64,000 bases of DNA, taken from NCBI GenBank assembly GCA_963806535.1, contig CAWDYC010000004.1:192001-256000 (forward strand), given 5' to 3'. The notes beneath the pieces are model-generated. The model ran no database searches, was not told where the DNA came from, and saw nothing but the letters and a program-made list of their open reading frames with translations. Shown one piece after another: positions 12,157 to 22,780 of the stretch (position 1 is the stretch's first letter; every line of letters begins with the position of its first letter). Source of the stretch: Candidatus Bathyarchaeota archaeon (GTDB lineage: Archaea; Thermoproteota; Bathyarchaeia; Bathyarchaeales; Bathycorpusculaceae). Both the position numbers and the translations under genes were made by a program.

Positions 12157-13023
12157 ATGAATAGACGTGAATTCATTAAGATTGGCGCGGCAGCCGCTAT
12201 TGGTGTCGGAGTTGCAAGCGCAATTGAAATTCCAATTTTAGAGAATTCAATTAATAATGATAACAATAAGGTTAAACAACTGCAAAGCCAGATAACTCAA
12301 GGTCAGGGAGTCTTTTTAACTTTAAACGCTGTTGAACAGAAAAAAGTTGAAGCATTGGCTGAAGCAATAATTCCAACGGATAGCAATGGTCCCGGTGCAA
12401 AAGAAGCAGGAGTAATCTATTTTATCGATCATATGTTAGCGGGAAATTATGGTAAGGGCGGTAATATGTTTCTGCAGGGTCCATTCGTAATTCCTCAATC
12501 TGGATCGGTTACAGTTATGGGTGCGATTTATCCAACTGAAACAAAAAGTGCCATTACTTATTCAGGCGGCACGCTAAAGCCTGGACTGCAGGCAGGTACG
12601 GCGTACCAATATGCATTTAATCCACGAGAATTCTGGCGTCGAGGACTAGTTTTTCTTGAGAATTACTGTAAGGCCGCAAAAGGTGGAACTTTTGAAACTC
12701 TTTCTTCTGCTATTCAAATAACGGTGCTTCAAGAGTTATTCGATAATAGCTCAAGTAATACTGCGTTGCAATCGGCTTTTCAGGGTCCAAATGCAGCAGA
12801 ATTCTTTAATGATGTACATGACCTAGTCACTGCAGGCTTCTGGGCTGATCCAATTTACGGTGGAAACCAAGGTATGGTGGGTTGGAAACTGGTAGGTTTT
12901 AATGCTAATTATTGGGGAGATGACATAGGTTTGGGTGCAAGAAAGTTGATGGTTGCAAGCACACCTACCCCATTACCGCCCAAGAGTTTGGGTGAACTTC
13001 AAAAAGAAGGCGGAGGACTATAA
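12157..13023 (+). CDS. Gluconate 2-dehydrogenase subunit-3 (gamma) family protein with Tat signal
   Basis: MNRREFIK twin-arginine motif; IIPTD..GPGAKEAGVIYFID; GFWADPIYGGN.GMVGWKLVGF. Confidence 0.9.
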   Translation: MNRREFIKIGAAAAIGVGVASAIEIPILENSINNDNNKVKQLQSQITQGQGVFLTLNAVEQKKVEALAEAIIPTDSNGPGAKEAGVIYFIDHMLAGNYGKGGNMFLQGPFVIPQSGSVTVMGAIYPTETKSAITYSGGTLKPGLQAGTAYQYAFNPREFWRRGLVFLENYCKAAKGGTFETLSSAIQITVLQELFDNSSSNTALQSAFQGPNAAEFFNDVHDLVTAGFWADPIYGGNQGMVGWKLVGFNANYWGDDIGLGARKLMVASTPTPLPPKSLGELQKEGGGL

Positions 13024-13024
13024 A

Positions 13025-14857
13025 ATGTCAAATGTAGTTACGCATCCACAAACTGATGTCGTGGTTTGCGGATTAGGTCATATGGGTGGTCCAATAGCTG
13101 CAGAGGTTACTGCAGCAGGATACCAAGTTGTTGGAATAGAAAAAGGGCCTTTCTGGGATTTCACCACTGACTGGAGACAAGACAACAAAGACGATGAATG
13201 GGCAATAGCAGTAGAACGTAAGTTTGATCATCCACTTTACATTTCCACTTTTTCACTTCGAAATAATATCAACCAGTTCGCATTGCCAATAAGACGATAC
13301 ACTAAAAATGTACAGTACCATGCGTTAGGTCATGCAGTAGGCGGTGTCGGCACACATTATGGCGGTGGTTTAGGAAGATTTTCACCATGGTCATATCAAC
13401 CAGTTACGATGACGAAGGCGAAATATGGGGATGCTGGGTATGCCACAATTTTAAGTAATGTGAAAGGCGGTACTCCGGACTTAGAAGACTGGCCAGTTAC
13501 GTATGATGAAATGGTTCCCTATTATAATTCTTGGGAGAAAGCCATCGGTGTGGTAGGCAACCAGCAGACTGGTCAAGATCCATTTATACCGAATGCTAGA
13601 TTCCCTATGCCACCTCATCCGACTACACCGTATGCCACAATTTTCAAAAATGCCGTACAAAGCTTAGGATATACTCCTTTTGACACCGTTAGCGGTTTGA
13701 TTAGTGGCGGATACACAAATCAATATGGCATATCAAGGACCGGCTGTGTTTACTGTGGTTGGTGCGCTGCAAAATGCAACTATCCTTGTGAAGTGGGAGC
13801 AAAAAGTAGCTCTCATGTTACAACAATTCCGGCTGCGGTCAAAACTGGCAAATTTGATATGCGCCTAGAATCATACATTTATCGCATTGATACTGATAGC
13901 ACTGGAAAAGCCACTGGAGTTAGATATTATGATGCTTTGGGTCAAGTGCATGTGCAGCCTGCAAAAGTAGTGTTCAACGGATTATGGGGATTTAACATCA
14001 TAAGATCCATGCTTCTATCCGGGATAGGCGTACCATATGACGCAGTGAAACACACGGGGTCTTTAGGAAGAGGGTTAGCAAACGGCTACACTCCTAGTAC
14101 GTCAAGTGCGAGCGTCAAACTAAACGTAGGAGCAAACGCCTATGTAAGTGGAAACGGAGCTGGCGGCGGATACAACATAATGGACCTCAACGAAGTTAAC
14201 CCGAAATTTAGCCACGCAGATGACTTGACTTTTATGGGCGGAGTCAACTTAGGGTTTGGAACTTATTTGGGAAGCGGTCCAAGCACATTTTCCGGTCATT
14301 TGCCTAGTAGAACTAGCTTTGGAAGCGCATGGAAAGCAACCCTCAAAGACGAAAAGTTGATTAAAAACGTTACAGCAACTCTTTCTGGTACAGGACCGAA
14401 TTTACCGCTTCTTGAGAACTACGTGGATTTAGATCCACATTATAATGACATATATGGTGATCCTGCTGCCCGAATCACCTTGGACTGGGATGCAAACACC
14501 TATCGAGTATCAAATTACTTGGTAACCAAAACGAAACTTATCACCGATATTCTCGGCAAGATGGGTGATCCATCAACAGTAAAGGTAAATGCAGTTCCAG
14601 AACTTTCGCAACACGTAGACTGGTGGGGACACCACCAGAGAGGAGGCGCTAGAACAGGCGCAAACCCAGCAACTTCAGTATTCAATAAGTGGATGCAATG
14701 CTGGACCAGCGAAAATTTGTTTGCTGCAGGCGAAATCTGTGACACTTTCGGAGATAACTTAACTGCAGGAACTCATGTTGCAGGAGCTATGGCTTACTTG
14801 GCGGCAGACGGCATAAAGAAATACTTAGCAAGTCCGGGACCACTAATTACTCCATAA
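13025..14857 (+). CDS. GMC-family FAD oxidoreductase (gluconate 2-dehydrogenase alpha-like) with Fe-S motif
   Basis: DVVVCGLGHMGG FAD motif, DWPVTYDEM.PYY, CVYCGWC...C..PC cysteine cluster, DLDPHY.D.YG.P.ARIT, HQRGGARTG. Confidence 0.9.
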   Translation: MSNVVTHPQTDVVVCGLGHMGGPIAAEVTAAGYQVVGIEKGPFWDFTTDWRQDNKDDEWAIAVERKFDHPLYISTFSLRNNINQFALPIRRYTKNVQYHALGHAVGGVGTHYGGGLGRFSPWSYQPVTMTKAKYGDAGYATILSNVKGGTPDLEDWPVTYDEMVPYYNSWEKAIGVVGNQQTGQDPFIPNARFPMPPHPTTPYATIFKNAVQSLGYTPFDTVSGLISGGYTNQYGISRTGCVYCGWCAAKCNYPCEVGAKSSSHVTTIPAAVKTGKFDMRLESYIYRIDTDSTGKATGVRYYDALGQVHVQPAKVVFNGLWGFNIIRSMLLSGIGVPYDAVKHTGSLGRGLANGYTPSTSSASVKLNVGANAYVSGNGAGGGYNIMDLNEVNPKFSHADDLTFMGGVNLGFGTYLGSGPSTFSGHLPSRTSFGSAWKATLKDEKLIKNVTATLSGTGPNLPLLENYVDLDPHYNDIYGDPAARITLDWDANTYRVSNYLVTKTKLITDILGKMGDPSTVKVNAVPELSQHVDWWGHHQRGGARTGANPATSVFNKWMQCWTSENLFAAGEICDTFGDNLTAGTHVAGAMAYLAADGIKKYLASPGPLITP

Positions 14858-14886
14858 ATTTTCTCTTCTATTTTGAGCGCTATTCT

Positions 14887-15468
14887 ATGAGTATAACAAG
14901 CGATGATTTTTGGAAACAATTTAGTAACTTTGTAAGTGTAATTCCAAAACAATATCTAGATACATTATTGATTCTACATCAGAAATTTGAAGGTAAAGAC
15001 ATCAAGTGGGTAGTAAGCGGCGAGTTGGCTGAACTCCTAAGAATAGTTAAAGTTGAACCTGACTGTATAGAAATTGTAACGTCCAAAGCTGATGCTCAAA
15101 AGATTTTTGAATTAGTCCAAGAATTTAAGCCTAGACAAATCGCTTTTCAAACATTATGTCTCTCAAGAAATGCTGAAGTTGATAGAAAAGAGTACCCTGT
15201 TTCTGTAAGAAGCTTCTATTTCGATTTTAACATAACAACTGTTAAAGTTAAGGTTGAAGGGGACTTGCAGTTTAAAGTTGGCGACTGGGAGTGGGGCGAC
15301 GTTTTAGAATTTACTCCCGAATATGTTTACGTCGTAGGCAAAAAAATAGCAGTAACACCTCTCCTAATTGCATCTGATTTATACCAGAGTCTTGGATGGT
15401 TAGATAGGGTCAAAAAAATAAATGATGTCACCCAAAAATTGCATGCCCTAAAAAGACCGGCTAAATAA
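14887..15468 (+). CDS. Hypothetical protein, possibly degenerate nucleotidyltransferase fold
   Basis: WVVSG.LA.....V.P.DCIEIVT pattern resembles the W...G...G..V.P.DID motif of minimal NTases. Confidence 0.45.
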   Translation: MSITSDDFWKQFSNFVSVIPKQYLDTLLILHQKFEGKDIKWVVSGELAELLRIVKVEPDCIEIVTSKADAQKIFELVQEFKPRQIAFQTLCLSRNAEVDRKEYPVSVRSFYFDFNITTVKVKVEGDLQFKVGDWEWGDVLEFTPEYVYVVGKKIAVTPLLIASDLYQSLGWLDRVKKINDVTQKLHALKRPAK

Positions 15469-16328
15469 AAATGAGCTTGTCAATAATTAGGGCAACCATT
15501 AAGCAGCCCAAGTAGGGCATTGAAGCAACAAACACTTTGAACCCATGAGCTTCGGAAGCGCCAAGTATTAATCCTCGGTTTTGAAAAAGAAACGCTAGCT
15601 CCTGCCGCAAAAGCCACAACCAGATAAACGGTCCCCGTTAAATGTGACAGCGGTAATAGAAATGAGAAAGCAACAGTAAAAACATTCAACAAGAAAACTA
15701 CCTTAGAAGCTTTGCTTATGCCTTCTGTAACAGGTAACATTGGAATTCCAGCATTCTTGTATTCCTTTACCTTTTTGATGGCGAGTCCCCAAAGATGCCC
15801 AGGTGTCCAAAGAAAATCCAGCATTGCAACAAGCAAAGGCATTAAACTTAGTGTGTTTACGGCAGCTGTCCAACCCGAAAGTCCGGCAAAACAACCCGCA
15901 AAACCACCTATGACAACGTTCCAAGGGCTGATGCGTTTTAGCCAAACAGTATAAATGACTAAGTAAAAAACTGTTCCAAGACCAATCATCAAGACAGTCA
16001 GCGTGTTAAAGAATAAGTATGAGAAAACCACGCTTGATGCTATCATTAGTATGCCAAAAGCCATTCCCGTTTTGGGCGAAACGTTTCCTGATGGGATTGC
16101 TCTTTTTGAGGTGCGTGCCATTAGCTTGTCGATGTCTTGGTCGTAGACGCTATTTAGGACGCCGCAACCGCCTGCTGCCAAGTAACCCACGATGCTGAAT
16201 ATTGCCAACTTGAGCAAGTTAACTGTTGGGAAGGCTGCGAGAACAAAGCAGGTGATGCCTACAAGTAAATTTAAGAGGGTAACTTTTGGCTTTGTAAGTT
16301 CAAGATAATTGCTTATTTTTTGTTTCAA
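15461..16328 (-). CDS. ctaB: Protoheme IX farnesyltransferase (heme o synthase), C-terminal frameshift
   Basis: YLELTKPKV, DQDIDKLMARTSKRAIPSG, YTVWLKR, WTPGHLWGLA, EYKNAGIPMLPV. Confidence 0.93.
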
Positions 16329-16363
16329 GAACCCACAAACCTCTTGCACTTTAAACGAAATAC

Positions 16364-16642
16364 TTATCCTCCCATAGCCATTGAAAATGCCGCTGAAATT
16401 CCAAGTAAAGCAATACCTACAATTGCTGCCAAAGGCAAAACAGCAAGTCTCCATGACTCAAAACGCAAATGCTGATAGTATAATGCAATAAAAATTGCTT
16501 TGGCAGAAGAAATTAAAAGTATTGTTAAAGCAAGCAACGAGGCTGCCCCCGGCAATGAACGGGTTACAACTTCCATAATAGTTGCTACTACAAGTCCAAG
16601 CCAAATTCCAACATACAGTTTTATTCCAGGCATATTTTTCAC
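16364..16642 (-). CDS. Heme-copper oxidase subunit IV
   Basis: Three TM helices with KA..IALYYQHLRFE motif, inside the cox operon. Confidence 0.8.
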   Translation of the reverse strand: MKNMPGIKLYVGIWLGLVVATIMEVVTRSLPGAASLLALTILLISSAKAIFIALYYQHLRFESWRLAVLPLAAIVGIALLGISAAFSMAMGG

Positions 16643-17415
16643 CTAAATTAAATAGAATAGTGGAAAAAGAAACATCCAGACAACATCTACAAAATGCCAG
16701 TATAAGCCGACATTCTCGACTCCGGAGTGCTTCGAACTTGTGAATCCTCCACTGAAAGCTCTAATCATAAGGTATGCAACGGCAATCATACCAGCTGCCA
16801 AATGAACAGCATGAACCCCAGTTAGCACATAATATGTTGAGCCAGGTAAGCCGCTGTTTATCGTAAAGCCATTGCGGATAAGTTGAGGCCATTCAATTCC
16901 AAGTTTAATTGCTAGGAATGCTGCACCTAAAGCAAATGCGCTCGCTAACCCAATTTTTAAGCCAGTAGTATTACCCGTTTTTATGGAGTAAAGTGCTAAC
17001 ACCATTGATAAACTGCTTGTAAGTAGAATTATTGTGTTAACCATCCCTAGAATCACGTCATGTGTTTGAGCGGCAATGGGCCATGAGTTGCTGCCTAGTC
17101 GGACATAAACATAAGCTGCGATTAATGATCCGAAAACCAAAATTTCAGAAGTGAGGAAAACCCAAACGCCAATTTTCTCCCCGCCAGAATGTTCAAGCGG
17201 CCAGGTTTCTCCCAATGATCTCTTTTGTCTTGCTGAATTTTTCTTCAGATCCATCTTTGAAAACTTTCAGAAGAGCTACGGCTACTATTATGAGACCTGC
17301 TACGAATAATGGAATGTAAATTACCAGTCCTAAGAAGCAGAATCGCGATTCCTACTGAGATTATAATCGGCATAAAACTGGATTTGCCTTTAGACCCCTC
17401 ATATTCTTCCGTCAT
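16643..17415 (-). CDS. coxC: Heme-copper oxidase subunit III (frameshifted; possibly fused to subunit I)
   Basis: GVWVFLTSE, NTIILLTSS, YYVLTGVHAVH, GLYWHFVDVVW. Confidence 0.92.
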
Positions 17416-19009
17416 TTTTGGATCTCCTTCTGAAATCTTTGTATTGTCTATTGTACCAGGAAGTTTTTCCGGATCTTCAGTTGACGCTTCCTGATCTGTT
17501 GCTAAGTAGTTGCCTGTCCACTCCATTTCTTTTGCGTTCCATGGATTTGCATTTGCTTCGGATGGTGCCTTCCTGAGGCTAAAAACAAGGTTTAATATGG
17601 CAAGTAAGAATGCAGGTCCAAATATGTACGCGCCAATGGTTGCAGTTAAATTGAGAGATGCCAACCCAGAGGTAATGGTGAAAGTGTCTACTCTTCTGGG
17701 CATATCAATCATAAAGAAGTAGGGGAAATAGAGAATGTTGAAGCCTATGAAAGAGGCTGCAAAAGTGATTATGCCGATTGTTTCGTTGTACATTCGTTTA
17801 GTTATTTTTGGCCACCAATAATAGAGTCCCGCAATAAGCGCAAACAATGTGGTTCCAGCCATAACATAGTGGAAGTGACCTACAACCCAGTAGGTTCCAC
17901 GGAAAGCATAATCTAAAACTGGAAAAGCTTGCAAGAACACCTGTGATTCCGCCAAGAGTTACTGTGAATATGGCTGCTAAACAAAATAGAAAAGGGGTTG
18001 TAATTTTTATTCGGCTTTTATAAAGCGTTAGAACTAAGCCGATTACTACTCCTTCAAACGGAATTGAAATAGCTAGTGTCGTTATTGAGAATGATTGAAG
18101 CAAAGTATAGTTTACGCCAGTCGTAAACATATGGTGCATCCAAACGTCCACACTCAGAAATGTTACTGCTCCAAGCTCAAAAAGAAAAGCTGTTCTTGCG
18201 AACAATCCCCTTTTTGCCGCGGTCATAAAAACTTCAGCAATTATGCCAATTGCGGGTAAAACAACTATGTAAACTTCTGGATGACCGAAGAACCAGAAAA
18301 GAAGATCCCATAAAATGCTTCCACCTACTGTTGAACTAAAGAAGACAGTACCCAAGATCCTGTCGGAGGTCAAAAGTAATGCTCCGGCTGCTAACGTGGG
18401 AAACGCAAAAAGCATCAACGCCATCGTCATCAGTATTGACCAAGTGAAAATCGGAAGCCGTTTCCATGTTACTCCTTTTGCTCTGTTTCTCACGATTGTT
18501 GTGATGAAGTTGATCGAGGACATAGTGACTGAAACAGCTAAAAGGGCTAACGCCAATATGGCAAGTGTTGTTCCGGATTGAGGACTGAATTGTATAGTGT
18601 TTAAAGGTGCATAAAGTGTCCAGCCTGTGTCCGCTCCTCCTCCAGGAAGAAATACTGAACCAACAAGGAGAATGCCGCTGAAAAGATATGTGAAGTAGCT
18701 CATGGCATTCAAACGTGGAAAAGCAAGGTCTTTTGAGCCGATTTGGAGCGGCACGATGTAGTTTGCTAATCCAACGCCGAGAGGAGAAAGAACCCAAAGA
18801 ATCATTAAAAGACCATGTAACGTGACAGTTTCAGAGTATTGAAAGGGACCAAGGAAATTGTTGTTGGGCACAGCAAGCTGTGTTCTCATCATTTCTCCAA
18901 ACGAGCCTGCTACCACTAGGAAACCCACTGCCGTTACAATGTAGAGAATGCCTACTTGCTTGTGGTTGGTGGTGCTTAGCCATTCTTTAAGTGAAAATTT
19001 TAGTTCCAT
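17416..19009 (-). CDS. coxA: Heme-copper oxygen reductase subunit I, A-family (one frameshift near 17940; 3' end approximate)
   Basis: TLHG, DLAFPRLN, FWFFGHPEVY, WMHHMF and VVGHFHYV supply all six His ligands and the cross-link Tyr. Confidence 0.95.
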
Positions 19010-19012
19010 TTT

Positions 19013-19689
19013 TTTAGCCTCCTGCTGCGAGTTATTGGCTGTTTGGTTGCTGAGCCATTGGTTAAAAGCAGATGAACTCAGCACTGTCATAGTTGCACCC
19101 ATGTAGGTGTGTCCAGCGACCGCAGAGTTCTTTGCAAACGATTTGGTAATCAAGTGTGCTGTTTCCGTTCACCGATGGTGTCGTAACCCAAATCACATTG
19201 TATCTGCCAGGTATGGCGTCAATGCTTACCCTGTACTGCACCAAGTAAAAGTTATGCATGACATCAGTGCTGGTAACATTAAACATTACGGTCGTGTTTG
19301 CATGGAAGATAAAGTTGCTTTGTTGAATTAGCCCCATTAGGATATTCGAACCTGAAATCCCACTGATAAGCTGTGACTCCTATAACTAAGCTTTGAGAAA
19401 CAGACGGTTCAAATCTAACGTTTGGGCAAATTCTCTCCTGCATTACAGTTAGACTGAACAAGATAATAATTGAGATAGTCGCGAAAATGATTGCATCTCT
19501 TGCCCGGCTTTTGGACAACCCTCTTTCGGGAATAAATCTTGGCTGTCCTTTCTTCTCGCGATATTTTATTGTAAAAACAACCATTGTAACAATAACAACC
19601 GCCAATGCTACTATCGCTATGGCTGCGGCTAGATTGAAGAAGTTGTTCCAATCTATTGCCGAGGATGGCATTGGTTGTGACATGGGCAT
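19013..19689 (-). CDS. coxB: Heme-copper oxidase subunit II with CuA site (frameshifted)
   Basis: Two TM helices, TAYQWDFRFEY, STDVMHNF, DAIPG, CKELCG.GHTYM read across frames. Confidence 0.92.
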
Positions 19690-20003
19690 AACCTTTTCGA
19701 TTTATGTTAAAAAATCAGAAGAGAAAAGAAAAAGGGCATTTTCTGATTGATGCACTTATCCTTCTTGCTTCATTCTGAATTTTTTCCTAAAGTGATTAAA
19801 TAATACTCGGACGCTTGACTGTTTAAAGTTGTGTGGGTTGCCATTATACAGTCACAAGTTAGCGATTGGCAAAAACGCATAAAATTAGTTGTTCTAAAAT
19901 ATTATCGCAGTAAGAGTATTGCCTCAAATCAGTAACGATGGATTGATTAAGCACCTCGAGGTGAAAAGCTTAATCTATCCTCGAACGAAAGGGCGAACAG
20001 CTA

Positions 20004-21572
20004 ATGGCCAGTATAGAACTCGTCATATCAGCATTTTTGCTTATGACTTTCATAGCTGCGCTTATCTCAATTCGAGTCAAGATACCTTACACTTTAGTTT
20101 TAGTTTTTATCGGTGTCTTGATTAGTATAATTGTAGCTTTTCTTTCTGTTCAGGGAGGCCCGCTTCAGAATCCAATGCAAAGTGTCTCTTTGGAAATTCA
20201 ATCTATTTACAATCAGTTAATCCAAGGAGGTGGCGGCGGTCTCTTCGTAGGTTTAATTGTTCCTCCCTTAATTTTTGAAGCGATGATTCACATCCGAGGA
20301 GGCGACTTGAAGGCGGTAATTAAGCCTTCTTTGGCGCTAGCAACAGTTGGCGTTTTGGTCGCAACTGTAGTTGGAGGCTTGATTTTATGGAAATTTGTTG
20401 GGCTTACACCTTATGTTTCATTCCTATTTGCGGCGTTAATTGCCCCAACAGATGTAGTGACTGTTCTAGAGGTTTTTCGACGCGTGAAAGTACCATCCAA
20501 ACTGTCAACACTTTTGGACACTGAGGCAGCCTTCAACGATGCCACAGCCATTATAATTTTTACCATAATACTCTCGTCTATAGGAATGCAGCAAATAACA
20601 TTGGTTGGTTCATTCTTGAGTTTTGGGTTTACGTTAGGGGCAGGAGTCTTGATTGGCTTGGGTGTTGCTTTTGCTGGTGAAGTCCTATCAAGCTTAATTG
20701 AGGACAGAGTCGCTGAAACCATACTAACAATCGTAGTCGTTTACGGCTCATATGCGCTTGCTGCTGGCATTGGTGCATCTGGACTTATCGCGGTAGCTGT
20801 TGCAGGATTATACTTTGGCAACAATACAATTCGAACTGCAATGGAGCCGGCGACGAGAGAGGCAGTTACAATCTTTTGGCAAATAGCTGCTTTTCTGGGT
20901 AACTCGGTTGCTTTTCTACTCATAGGATTCCAAGCAAACATTATAACTAATTTTCCACAGTCACTTATAATCATAATCGCTGCCTTCGTTGCCGTAACTG
21001 CAGCCAGAGCCGCAACAGTATATCCCACATTTGCTGTCTTCAGAAAAATAGGCGGAAAAATGTCCAGGGTTTGGGCTAATATTGCTATGCTTGGTGGAGT
21101 AAGAGGTGCGCTTTCAATAGCGCTTGCAGCCACAATTACTACTTCAGCAGTAATTTCTCAAACCGACTTACACACAATAAACACTATGGTCTTTGGCGTA
21201 GCTTTCATCTCAATTATGATTCAAGTGCCTCTTTTACTCCGATACGTAAGACGTAAAATGCCTGATACTGATGCTTTTAAAGAAACGGAACTTGATGAGC
21301 AATTTGCCCAAATATCTAAGACTATGGAAGAAGTGCATCGGTTAAAGTCCGAAGGCAAAATCTCTGATAAAGAGTTTAATGAAAGATTAGAAGAAAGTAG
21401 AATGGAAATAGACAAGCTGATGACTAAATCTCATGCTACCCTTGAGACGCGGAAGATTATTCAAGCAAGAGCATCTATTCTCTTTCCTTCTATTCAAAAG
21501 AGGTTCAAACGCAGACAAGAATTAGAAGAAACAAACAAAGAATCAGATCCTGAGAAAAAGGCAGATTCTTAA
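20004..21572 (+). CDS. CPA1-family Na+/H+ antiporter (NhaP-like)
   Basis: PPLIFEA, APTDVVTV, EAAFNDA, GGVRGALS motifs. Confidence 0.92.
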   Translation: MASIELVISAFLLMTFIAALISIRVKIPYTLVLVFIGVLISIIVAFLSVQGGPLQNPMQSVSLEIQSIYNQLIQGGGGGLFVGLIVPPLIFEAMIHIRGGDLKAVIKPSLALATVGVLVATVVGGLILWKFVGLTPYVSFLFAALIAPTDVVTVLEVFRRVKVPSKLSTLLDTEAAFNDATAIIIFTIILSSIGMQQITLVGSFLSFGFTLGAGVLIGLGVAFAGEVLSSLIEDRVAETILTIVVVYGSYALAAGIGASGLIAVAVAGLYFGNNTIRTAMEPATREAVTIFWQIAAFLGNSVAFLLIGFQANIITNFPQSLIIIIAAFVAVTAARAATVYPTFAVFRKIGGKMSRVWANIAMLGGVRGALSIALAATITTSAVISQTDLHTINTMVFGVAFISIMIQVPLLLRYVRRKMPDTDAFKETELDEQFAQISKTMEEVHRLKSEGKISDKEFNERLEESRMEIDKLMTKSHATLETRKIIQARASILFPSIQKRFKRRQELEETNKESDPEKKADS

Positions 21573-21621
21573 GATTTATGGTGAATTTTTTAAAGAAAAG
21601 AACCGAATTATAATTTTGGAG

Positions 21622-22158
21622 TTAAGGAGTTACTATGAAGTTGCCCCACATCCCCAAAGTTACATGTGCATCCAGTTGGCAAATATAGTAGTATGTTCCC
21701 GCTTTGTTCGCCAAAAAAGTCGTTGACCCTTTTTCTCCTGCAAGAACTGGGTTGCCTACTGAAGCAACCTGGGCTTTGCTGAAGGCTAGATTGGTATTTC
21801 CAGAGGTTTTCTGAGTAACTAAAGCCCAATTATGCGGCATGGTTCCTGAATTAGTAAAATCAACCGTGACAGTTGTTCCCGCTTTAACGGTGAATGTTGG
21901 TCCAGGCGAAGTTATGTAACCAGAAGTATTTCCAAATCCATAATTCGATGAACTTAGTTCACCCGCAAAAACGGTTATAGTTACGCTTCCTGCCGAGGGT
22001 GACCCTGAAGATGATGGCGATTCGATTGGCGACGGGGCGCCAGAGTTGCCGATTTGGGTAAGTTGGTATGTGAAAGCACTTGAGATGATAATGATAGCTA
22101 TGATAGCTGCTGCTGCAATGTACCAAGCGGTATTGCTGATTTTTTGAGGTTGACTCAA
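21622..22158 (-). CDS. Membrane-anchored type-1 blue copper protein (sulfocyanin/rusticyanin-like cupredoxin)
   Basis: N-terminal TM, Ser/Pro linker, MPHNW and GTYYYICQLDAHVTLGMWG (H-C-H-M ligands). Confidence 0.88.
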   Translation of the reverse strand: MSQPQKISNTAWYIAAAAIIAIIIISSAFTYQLTQIGNSGAPSPIESPSSSGSPSAGSVTITVFAGELSSSNYGFGNTSGYITSPGPTFTVKAGTTVTVDFTNSGTMPHNWALVTQKTSGNTNLAFSKAQVASVGNPVLAGEKGSTTFLANKAGTYYYICQLDAHVTLGMWGNFIVTP

Positions 22159-22301
22159 ACTATATGTTTCTCCCTAAAAATAAGTCGCTAAAATACTAAA
22201 TTCAAAATAAGAGAAAGCGAGTTTTAACTCTTTTGGTTGCCTAAAACAACCGCATGCTTTAAGTCAGAATATTTATTAGAAAATCACTAATTAAGTAATT
22301 A

Positions 22302-22766
22302 TTGGTTGAAATCTTGTTTTTGTTTAATTTAATTGCTTTGCATGCTGGAACACCAGTGGTTGTTTCCCAAACAACATTAACCGCAATGTTTGTCGTTTTA
22401 GCGATTATTTTGATTGGGATAGGCTTTGGTCGTGTGTCAAAAAATAGAGAAAGTCTTCTTTTGCATAGATGGAGCATGTCAGTTGCTGTTGCGTTGTCCT
22501 TTATGGCAATTCTTTTAGTTATGCTACCAACTGCCTTTAACTTTTATATAGACCCTGACCTGCAGTTTTTCTCGTCCCTTTCTCTCTTCACTTTTATTCA
22601 CTTGGTGATAGGGGTATTCGCTATATCCTTGGGCTTGATTTACGCCTTTGGTGATTTGCCGCAAAAGCTCAGGCGGTGGATGCGTTGGACAGCCATTTTT
22701 TGGGTAGTAAGCCTTGCTTTAGGAACAATAGTGTTTTTAGAAATGTTAGGGTTATTGCCGTTTTAA
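22302..22766 (+). CDS. DUF420-like four-TM membrane protein
   Basis: HR..M motif after TM1 and a His in TM3; adjacent to the cox cluster. Confidence 0.6.
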   Translation: MVEILFLFNLIALHAGTPVVVSQTTLTAMFVVLAIILIGIGFGRVSKNRESLLLHRWSMSVAVALSFMAILLVMLPTAFNFYIDPDLQFFSSLSLFTFIHLVIGVFAISLGLIYAFGDLPQKLRRWMRWTAIFWVVSLALGTIVFLEMLGLLPF

Positions 22767-22780
22767 CTATTATTTTCATC

